NCBI GenBank assembly: GCA_964057225.1
Contig: OZ059900.1
Location: 26,288,001 to 26,352,000, forward strand
Length of the DNA stretch: 64,000 bases
Origin: Auanema rhodensis
Taxonomy: Eukaryota; Animalia; Nematoda
Direction: 5' to 3'
Below, piece by piece: positions 24,987 through 35,530 of the stretch. The notes below the pieces were generated by a model. It did not search any database. It saw only the letters and a program-made list of their open reading frames with translations, and was not told the origin of the DNA. The translations under genes and the position numbers were made by a program. Positions within the stretch are counted from its first letter, which is position 1. Each line of letters opens with the position of its first letter.

Positions 24987-27429
24987 GGGCGTTAGGAAGA
25001 CGGGTGAGGAGAGTTGGAAACCCCCGGCGCCGTAGAAATACTCCACATCTATGGATCTGAATAACTATGTAATCATATATAAAAAAATTACTTATTTCCC
25101 CATAGAAATGCAGAATTAGCCACGGTTATGTCATTCTGAATTTTTTTTTGAGTTCATCCAATGATCCATCAAGGCCCTATCAATATCGTTCTCATGTTTC
25201 ATAACGTAACACCTAACGAGACGACATTCAGAACTTGAATTAAAAATAATTAAAAGTAAGATAAATTAAAAACAAACAGTATCCATGTTCCACATAGCCC
25301 ATGAAATGTGTTGTTGAAGCTTGTTTAGTATATATTATATTTTTAGATGGCTAATGCAGAGAGTGGTGAGCTTTTAGAAGATCAGATAAAATCTCTGATT
25401 AATTCTTTGTCTGATGAGACAGTGTCGAGGAAACGCATATGGAGCATGGCTAACAAATGGCTGGAAGGATCACACACGAAGGTAAGTGAAACGAAAAAGA
25501 GAAAAAATGAAACAGATATGTTTTTCTGAGCCACCAGTGGGAGCAGCGGCTCTGGCCAGGAAGGATTCAAAAGGTAAATGCACTTCATTGTGTGAGCAAA
25601 GCGGTTATGTTGGATTCTGGATCTATAGTAAGTTTTTGGTTTTGGTCTGAGAAATTATTTGATTTTAGGATTATGTGTTCAGCTGCCTGCATTATTTCAT
25701 GGTGATAATTAGGTTTTTTCCCCGACTAGTGCCGTGTTGCTCCACGTTCTGGTACAATCCGTTACGATCGAATTAAAACGTAAGGAAATCTATGGCTACT
25801 AGACTTAGGAATGTTTTGGGTTTAGGAGAAAAAGGCAGGATCGTGGTAGGTGTCTCATGAAGTATTTAATGTGACGTATTTGTCATAGAGGACCAATTAT
25901 TTCAATGGAGTTATAACCACTACCTGTAACAGAGGGAAGTCCATGATTGATTTATCATAATTGATTAGATTCCTGTATCAGAGCTCCATATTCTGAAATG
26001 ACAACATATGTTAGAAAAATATATTTTACCTACCCTCCATTAGCTCTATTTTCTGTAGACTTTCATGGAACATATCCTTCGTAATGTTCTTCATGATTAA
26101 TACCAAATCCACGAGTTTCAGGATTGACGCAGAATGTTCAACGACACTCCAAGAAGAAGATAAGATAAATAGTTACCTACTTGCATGTTCCCTTTTTTTT
26201 TTTGCCTCCTTCGGAGCATCAACAGCCACAATTGTACCCTTATCCCTTTCAGTTTCCGCTTCAACATTGACGACTACAGCGTCTTGCAATTCCTGGCCCC
26301 CAGTATCGCTTCCTAAACTGGGTACACCAATATCCTGAAAAGAAAAAAATTTATGAAAAATGGGAATGAAAACAAAAAAACCTCCACAATGTGCTTAGGC
26401 ATCTTATTTTTGGTACAGCTTGGTTCAGCGGCCCTTTTACGGGTTGATGGGGGGCAACTGGAAGCAAACAATCTGTCTCATTAATAACTTGCGTACCGAA
26501 AAAATTCAGGAATTCCGTGTACGCGTCTTCCTGAGACTCAGGAAGCCGGTAGGTTTGCTCTAACAGCGCTTCCCATTTAGCCTCATCTAGAAAACAAAAA
26601 TAGCATAGTAAATGTTGGCGCCAAGATTGTGATGTGTTCATCAACAACAATTCAGCAATTAACAATTAAAAGTTGAAAGTTTATTTGAAATGATTTATTG
26701 AAACAAAAAATGGATGAAACTCTGTACGATACACAAATTTTTTAAAATTAGTTAAAGAATTAAAAATAAGTTAACCTTTTTTTTATTAATACGCCTTTTG
26801 ACTTTGAACTCCTCACAAAGATTAGCTAAAATATTCTCCGGTACCTTTCCGAAACAGAGATGCTCGTTTTGAACAAGATATGTTTTTTTATCTTTAGGAC
26901 ACTTTATAAAACAGCCTTTGGCATCCAATGTGAAACTTATGACCCTTTCGGGACACATAAACCAATTTTTTAGTGGACCGGAGACTATGTACACTTAACA
27001 TTCAATTTAACAAGGAGCATTCTCCTGATAGCGGGAGGATTTACGAAGAAAATTTTTTTCAATTACTTACAACATTGGTTGTTGTATCAAATTCTCTTGT
27101 CGAGTTGTCCACTTTATCCCTCTCTGTACCAGGAGTACACTGCAAAACTTTGAAATATGTCACAACATATATTTAATTATTACCTTAGCAACAGTTAAAA
27201 AACTTCGCGTAGTAGATCTTGAAGACGTCGTTTTCGTTTCAGATGAGCTGGAGTATGAATCGTTCTCCTCCTCTTCCAAACAAAACCTTTTGGGCATAAC
27301 GCCATTCGGTGAGAAATTGGATTTTATTCTCTATAAATAGATCAATGATCATAACATCAACGTTAATTTTATTATACCTTTTTTTCTAAAGGAATTAGCG
27401 GATGAGGAAGAAACGGCAGAAGCAGCCGG

Positions 27430-27520
27430 AAGTGGATACACCGTCAGGAGTGGATACATCGTCAGGAGTGGATATATCGTCAGGAGTGGATACATCGGCA
27501 GGAGTGGATACATCGTCAGA
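27430..27520. repeat. 18-bp minisatellite (CGTCAGGAGTGGATACAT) x~5
   Basis: Direct inspection; reads as D(D/V)STP repeats in ORF 27395..27658. Confidence 0.85.
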
Positions 27521-29355
27521 AACCGACCGAGTACTATCAGAAGCTAGCTGGGTAAACGAGTCTTCTACCTTGGGCAATTTGATGAACGATTCCATATTCA
27601 ACTTAAAACCTGTATGAGACCAATATAATTTTTTAAAAACATACCAGGGATTCGTCAATTTTTAGGAGCTTCAACACTAATAGCTCACTTTCATGGGTCT
27701 AATAGTTATAAATTGCAATATTATTGAATATGAATAAAAATCAAACGGATGTCTTGTTTAATCTTATTATCATAAATAATGATTGAGCGAGATGAAGAAA
27801 CTGGACGAAAAATGATTCTTTCCGAACATCTTTTTCTATCATGATGCTGAATTTTGAGTCACGTATAATGAAATTGCTGATCTTAAAAAATATATACAAT
27901 ATGTTATTTATCTATTAATGTTTAAAGTATGAACAACATCATACAACTATTTTGATTGCAGAAAACGAGACGGTTGGATTGTGTGATTGTAAACAATTTT
28001 GAAAAAATGTAATTGCATCTCGCTCATATGTTTATTTTTGGCAAAACCAGCAACATTTTTCATCATGAAAATCTGAAGTAAAATAAAATATAGTATAATA
28101 GTAACATATGTTCTCACACCGATGTACGTGTGCAAAAGATGCTGTTGTGCATGAATTGAGAAAACAATCTTGACGTATAACTCGAGTCATTTCTGTAAAA
28201 TTTTAAGAAGTAAAAACATATTAATAGAACATCTAGATATGAGTAAAGAGATATCTCGGTTTTTTTTCTCAAAATTGAAACATGTTGAAACATGAACATA
28301 AATTATTTTATTTTATATTAAATAAAAATAATTTTTGTTACACATGTTCATGGAATGGCTATAATCTTGATGTATAATGTAAAATACAAGATATGTGACA
28401 ATTACTACCTCATAAATTTATGGTTACTTTCTACATGCCGACAAACACTGCTGCCTTTTTTCGAATACATATATATGTTTATATATGTTCATGTATATTT
28501 ATGATAGACATGAAATATGACTACCTCATAAATAAGCGTTTTTTATGTGCCTACAAAGATTGCCATTCTTTGTTCGAATCATCATTTTTTTATTTATTTG
28601 TGCACAGTTACCCTATTTATTGTTTCTTTGAGTTATATAGTGATACTTTTATTGTTTAAAGCATTTGGATCGATTTTTTGTTGTGTGTCGTCATACAAAA
28701 TTTTGAATATTCTGTTTTTTCAAACTGTCATATTTTTTCCTTTATTTTTTGAGCATTCATGGCATTTTTTAAGTTTCAGATCAGTTTATGGTTTGTAAAA
28801 CTTAAAAATATCTAAATATAGTGGCAGGAAAATTAATGAAGTTCCACAGGCAATTGAACATGAATTCATAGAACACGCTAGTAATTTTCCATTGGTTTAC
28901 ATCAATGATCAAACGGTAAATTAATAAATTAATATATAGTTCTTATTTATATTTTTATTTGACGTTAATGAATCATATCAATTTAGATTGAAGAAATAGA
29001 TTCACAACCATTGTCTACTCAAAGTATCGAAAACAATAGTGATGGAGAAGAGAAATAAGTGGGTTCCACGTTATTATTTCGTGAAAATATAGTTTTTTTG
29101 AAAATTTATTTTTCTATTTATTCAGCTGATTCTTTTTTTCCATAATATTGTAATTGAAAAGGATGTTTTCGATTTTTTTCACAAAGTGTTGGAAACAAGA
29201 AGCGATTGCGGTGCATATAGTTGCGTTTTTAATCGAATAACCACCAACATGGAATTGCACAAACTACGTTCAAAACTAGATAAAAAGTCACATCTTATAA
29301 AAGGTTAGTAATTTGTTTTTATTCTCTCCGATATTGAGTATTGTTTACACTTAGG

Positions 29356-30007
29356 CAGACATGTCGCAGACTTGAGCCGTTGTTATGTCAATGCGTTGCT
29401 TTTTAACATACAGAACAACGGTTGGACAGTTGAAGACTGTAAAGATCTAATTAAATATGATGTTGCTTTGCGTCATATAGCTGAGCTGAGAAGTGCTTTT
29501 CAACGGGTCATTCCAAAAAAAGCAAGACGCAAAAATGTGCGTGCTTACGTTTTATACGGAGATACTCGTACAGGCAAATCATATTTTGCCAACTCATTCT
29601 TAGTTATAAAAAGTTTTTGATCAATAACATTTATTATTCGATTTGTTTTTCAGGAGATGATTGTTATACAGTTGCAGCGGATAATTCTGCATATTTTGAG
29701 AGTGAGTTATCCTGCATGTTTGAAGAGTAATAAATTCGTAATTGTCGTTTCAGAATATAATGATGAAGACTCAATTGTGATAGAAGAAGTAGTTCAATTC
29801 GGACAACGTGGTTATATGTCATCACGACCACACTTACTTCTATGTTATGATGGAGTATGTCGGTATGTGTTTTTTGTGAGATGCTCAATAAAACTAATTT
29901 TTTTAAGCTTGAATGTGAAATTCTCAAGTTGCACTATATATGCAACCAAAATTTTTTTACTTTCGAACTTTCATCCAAGAGAATGGTTTCCGGGAGATCC
30001 AGAGACG
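29356..30007 (+). pseudogene. Intron-containing CRESS-DNA-virus Rep-like SF3 helicase domain
   Basis: Walker A YVLYGDTRTGKS; after splicing 29702-29753 (GTGAGT..TTTCAG) AYFEKYNDEDSIVIEE (Walker B); after splicing 29863-29907 RLNVKFSS...KIFLLSNFHPREWF (motif C). No clear HUH domain seen. Confidence 0.7.
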
Positions 30008-30730
30008 GTGATAGATTTTTATTATTTAAGCATTGCATTCAATTCCTCTTGTTGAAATAACAGACTTCTATAATTTCAACTTCTAGAGATCACTTCTATC
30101 GTTCTCTCGTTCTTGATTTTTTGAGTTTTTGATAAGCTGGATGTAACCTGAACTTGTGTTCGTTAGTTACGAATAAGTTCTATATACTTGAGCTTGGGTT
30201 TAATAGTTACGAAAAAGTTTGATATACCTAAACTAGAGTTTGATAGTTGGGTTTTTGTTTTTCAGTGATTTTCTGATTGGTTATACTACTTATATTCCAC
30301 ATCTCATTCGTTTGTCAACTTTTTTTCGCGAGATACAATGAAAAAACACCAACATTTACATTTCAGCTCCAACTATCCGAGGATCCGACGTTCCACCATC
30401 TTTTGCCACTCTTCGCCAATTGCCATAGACTGCTCCTCTCTGCAAGTTTGTCTTGATTTTCAGAAAGTTGGATTTTTAGCGGAAATGAAGCGTGCTGTAC
30501 TTGCTGATGTGACAACTGTTACACGCAAATTGTTAGAACCTGAAGTACCACGACCACCCACACCAGCTCCAAATTTCACAAGTTTTGGTATGAACCTTAA
30601 CTTGTATTTTTTAAATCTTTAATTTAGATTCACCAATAAAGCAGATGGAGATTCTGAGAGAGAGCACTCCACCAAAGAGTGTATTAATGAGACCAATTTG
30701 TCTCTGCAAAACTTGTAGGGAATCATTGCA

Positions 30731-30955
30731 GGCTTAGGCTTAGTCATATGCTTAGTCATACATCTCATTCTTGGACTTAGTCATATGCTTAGTCATAGAT
30801 CACATGCTTAGACTTAGTCATATGCTTAGTCATAGATCTCATGCTTAGACTAAGTCATATGCTTAGTCATAGATCTCATGCTTAGACTTAGTCATATGCT
30901 TAGTCATAGATCTCATGCTTTGAATTAGTCATATGCTTAGTCATAGATCTCATGG
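30731..30955 (+). repeat. (TTAGGC) seed followed by 37-bp telomere-variant repeat
   Basis: GCAGGCTTAGGCTTAG then TCATATGCTTAG... Confidence 0.92.
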
Positions 30956-31840
30956 CTATAACTTTCAAATACGTTAGAGATCATTCAAGAAATCAAATGA
31001 CTACATCACATATTCTTACAAAATAATAGATTCAATTTTGTAAAAGAGTGGGTCAAATGAATACATCACATTCACAAATTAGTTATTAAGTGATGATATG
31101 TGAAATTCTTACCGGAAGAGTGACATATTCAGCGTTTTTTTCACTTGCTCGATTGAGAAAATTGTAGTTGGTTGTTTTTGATATGTCTTCAAATGAGCGA
31201 TGTTTATAAAAATTGATGTTCATCAAGGAAGTACAAAATACCCGTTTAAATTTGCGATAATTCAATAAAACTATGACTGTTATAATGTTTACTTAGAATT
31301 CAACAACAAATTACCATTATATTGTCAAAAAGTTAAAGAATTGAAGTCAATTCATAATGGTGATCAACCTGAGGAGTTTTAAAAAATATCATATGTATTT
31401 TCATAGAATGGAAATCTTTTTGTGTTTCGAGTATTTTGAGAAATGACTTTGGAAGAATATTTCTGATCATTCAAAAAGTAGTTGATAATCATCCACTATT
31501 TGTTGTTAAGAATAAAGCATTCGATAATACTATAAGCAAACATTTTTTTTAAACTTTTCTGTTTATTCAAAAAATAGTTATTATTGAACTACTAATAGTT
31601 GTCAAAAATGAAGTACTCGATCATTAAATCTTGTTGCTCATATGTTGGGATATCATCAATACGTGACATTTCGCAAAAGGAATGGTAATTAAACCAAAGA
31701 TTTTTAAACTCTTAGCTATTTTATGCTACTCTAGAATTACACACTAAGGGAGATGGTACAATCCAGACACTGCTTAATAAAAGTGAACACTTTTTGATTT
31801 TCTAAAAAATCTCTGGTTTAATTACCATTCCTTTTGCGAG

Positions 31841-34320
31841 ATGTCACGTATTGATGATATCCCAACATATGAGCAACAAGATTTGATGATCATGCTCAGT
31901 TCTTTTTTGCTTTGCAATGATAAGAAAGGTTTTGATAAGGTTCAATCATTGTTATCTAACATTAATGGGAACAAACTTAAATGGGATAAAGAACCTTATT
32001 ATCTTGGCCTAACGGGTGAGAAGCTACAACTAATAGAGGTAGGCGATGGGTTTAAAGAGGATGTATCAGATATACACTGGGAAGGCTTCCTCAATTCAAT
32101 GGGCTACTTAGATTCAAAACATGACAATGGTAGATATGAATCATCTAAATTTGTATCATTCTTGACTAAGGAAATTATTCGCAAACATAAAATCAAAGAG
32201 ATATATAGTGATGAAGATGCTAGGTACAGGTTACTATATAGATCATATTTCTCTAAGGATTTTGAATCAGAAATCAATACAGATCAGGGAGGAAAAGCTA
32301 AGGGAAGTTTCATGACATCTCTCATACAGTTGCCTATGTGTAACTTAAGTATGCCAGGTATAAGTAAATGGATTGATGAATTCTTGACAAACCCATTGTT
32401 AGATGATGATAATAGACGCTTATACTCAGTTACAACTATGTGGAAGAAAATCCATAACTGTGGTTTAAGTGCTAATCAACGAGAGGTGCTTAAGAACAGC
32501 TATTTATTTGATCCCTCAGTGGAATTTGACAAGCTAGTTGACCTAATGGAAGTTACTGGAAAACTTAGATTACCTAAAAGTCTTAAGTTATATAAGAGTG
32601 GGAAAGTGATGTTACTTGTAGATGTTACAGGACATGAAATGTTTATAATAACACAATCCTCAGGAAATATATTATATAACTATACAACCTCTGCTTTTAA
32701 TTGGAGATTCTATTCAAGAATGGACAGGGGGATAGGCCTTTGTGGAAGAATTAGAGATCCTATTGAAAACTACCATGACATTGGCTTTGAGTGGATTAAG
32801 TCTGCAATGGAATATTGCAAGATATTCAACAGAAGGGTTTGTGTTATTACGAAGTGCATGAAAATTTCCAGCTCTGTTGCTCAGCTAACAATAAACAAAG
32901 GAAGTGAACTAGCTGAAACTGGCTCTGAGGCTAAGAAAAGAGTTTTAGAACAAGAAATCTTTGAGTTAATGCCTGACTTTACTCCATGGCACTGCATACT
33001 TCAGGGATTTCCTGAGAGGAATAGGATCGGTATTAGTTACCTATACCATTTATTACCTACAGCTGACTGTAGTATACAAGACCTACATGTCAACACATAT
33101 ATTAAGATGAATTCTCAAAACCCATTTAAACAGGAAACTAAAGATGAATTTATAAAGTTCATGAAAGGGCATCTATTAGTTGCTGTGGTAAGACATTTAA
33201 AGACCAAAGGATACCACGACAGGGACATTACACCTCATATTGAGAACTATAATAAGGTTAAGAAGAAGACCTGGATGAAAAGACTATTACAAGGGCTTGA
33301 GGTGTCTATACCTGATGAAGACTTAGGTGAATGTAGCCTCAAGAAGCTTCTGAGGTGGGTAGATTATGCAGATACTGCATATCTAGATGCACATGAAGTC
33401 AAGCAAGTCAGATTAGACATTAAGGAACTCACTAGTAATGGATTAATAAGGCCAGAAGGGGAATGGGTAGTAATATCAGAGATAGCGGCCAAAGCTGAAA
33501 ACAGCAAATATGGTAATAAAGTTCGTGAGACTTGGTCTGGTGATGATGTAACCAGAGAAATCTTGTCTGAAATTGACAGGAATGTTTCATTCCTTATGCC
33601 AATAATTCCAGGTGCAGCTATGAAAAGACCAGTTCCTTCGATTTCACAAGCATTAAGATCATCATCTAGAGAAGGATTTCTAGGGAATAAAGATGGGAAA
33701 GTTATTTTATTCAGTAGCCAAGATGTATCTTCGTGGTCACCTTCCCAGGACAGGAAATACATGTGCCAGTTATATCAAATCATATTAGATCTTTTTGAGT
33801 ACTCTCCATTCCAAGAAATTAGTTATTTCTTCAAGAAGATAATGATGGTGACCAATAGAAGGGGTATAAGGATGATATCTACACTTAATAATGGTGGAAT
33901 ACAGGGATGGTTTGGCTCACTAGACACTATTATCCATTCATGTATATGTGCATATACATCTAGATGTGCTAGGAGAGCTAAAATCAGTAGTGGATCTGAT
34001 ATATGCAAAGTCAATGTGATGATAGATGATGCTACTCTAGAATTACACACTAAGGGAGATGGTACAATCCAGACACTGCTTAATAAAAGTGAACACTTTT
34101 TGATTTTCTGTGCAGGGTCTATGGTGATTTAGGATTTATGACTGATAAAACTAAGACACTCATAAGTTGGAGGAGCAGTACTTTCTTAAATAGGGTATAC
34201 AGTAATGGTGTTGAAATGCTAACAAGCAGCAAGATAATTTCAAAGATGCATGAAGATTCAACTAAGAGGTTAATTGGCATAGATTTATGCATATCTGGAT
34301 TTTTCAATACAGTCTTTTGA
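31841..34320 (+). pseudogene. Endogenous negative-strand RNA virus RdRp (qinvirus/Muvirales-like), 763-aa ORF plus a frameshifted tail
   Basis: AKAENSK..KVRETWS (motif F), QDVSSWSP (A), GGIQGW...DT..HS (B), MIDD (C), frameshifted YGDLGFMTDKTKT (D), TFLN (E); intronless; 3'-truncated. Confidence 0.82.
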
Positions 34321-34322
34321 CT

Positions 34323-34337
34323 TGGGGGCCGAACCGG
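34323..34337 (+). promoter_or_regulatory. tRNA-Pro primer binding site (copy 3)
   Basis: TGGGGGCCGAACCGG, followed by a ~400 bp leader and the gag ATG at 34734. Confidence 0.8.
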
Positions 34338-34733
34338 TTCTCTGCTCGATTGATTGTTTTTTTGTTAAATAGGGAAACGTATAGTTTCTTAACCTATTTT
34401 TGAGCGTATAGCTCTTGGTGATTTAGTCACAACTCTCCCGTATAGGGTTTTTCCGATTTTTTTCTGAATTTTTTTTTTCATAAAATTTTTTGTGAAAAAA
34501 AAAGAGGAAAAACAAAAAAAATTTTGCTAAACACTGATTAGGTGTTAACAAAATTTTTTTTCGGAGAAACTTGAGAGAGTTGAAACTTTCACCTTTGATT
34601 TCGAGAAGAAATCAAAATTTTTTGTCATTGTTCGTATAGAATTTTTTTTGACAATAATTTAAATTATTTTTTCGTATAGAAAACTAATAATTTTATTTCC
34701 AGTTGACAAACAGTCATTGCCTATATCTCCATC

Positions 34734-35530
34734 ATGAGTGAGGAACTGGATATCGAAATGAACGAAGAACGAAATTTTGATTCTTTTAATTTTAATTATT
34801 ACCTGAGGTTGCGGCTTATAAGGGTGGATCGTATAGTGAATTCGTTGATTTCACAGAACGATTTAACTATAAATACCCAGATGATGTTTTTTCTCAACGT
34901 GAGAAAAAACTTTTATTCATCAATAAACTCTAAGGCGAGATCAGAAACCGCTATAGAGAGTTACCTGAAGCCATAAAGCAAAGTTCCTCAGATGTCATAG
35001 TGAACAGTTTACGTATAGAGTCAACCGTTTCACAAAGGCAGGGAAGAATGCAGGCTACTGAAAACTTGAGAAGTTTGAAATGGAATAGATCCCAGTCGTT
35101 AGTAAATTACTGCGATGAGTTAGAAAAACTAACTCAACTGGCTAATCCAGATTAAATTCTTAGTTTATTATCGTTTGAAAGAGCTAATAAACTGTACCAA
35201 GAACTTTGTAACTGTTCTTGTGGAGTTTCCATCCTTGAAAAAATAAAAGATGAGGAGGACGAAGAAATTTACGAAAAAGTAAAACAAATCGCCCTCAGAT
35301 GTGAACGAAATAAGTTAACTCGTTCAATCAATCAATCCAATGAATCCGAGCAGAAACAAAACTTGAGCCGGAAACATTATCCACATATCTCCGATGAAAG
35401 AAAAGTGAGAAACACCAATAATAATGAAATTAATTGTGTGTACTGTAATAAAAAAGGACATACGGCAAACGTATGTTTTAAAAGACAAAATAAAAGAATA
35501 GAGAATAAAAGTAGACTTAACACTCCTCGA
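34734..35530 (+). pseudogene. gag remnant (right arm; large deletion, stop codons)
   Basis: MSEELD start, CVYCNKKGHTANVC; mirrors 18411-19675. Confidence 0.75.

Noticed and set aside
25032-25040. TAGAAATAC as a CRESS nonanucleotide
   Set aside because: Two mismatches to TAGTATTAC and not located in the loop of the hairpin
25050-28900. Host or viral genes (including an HUH domain) in the palindrome spacer
   Set aside because: Exon-like pieces and splice signals are present on both strands, but I could not assemble a recognisable protein
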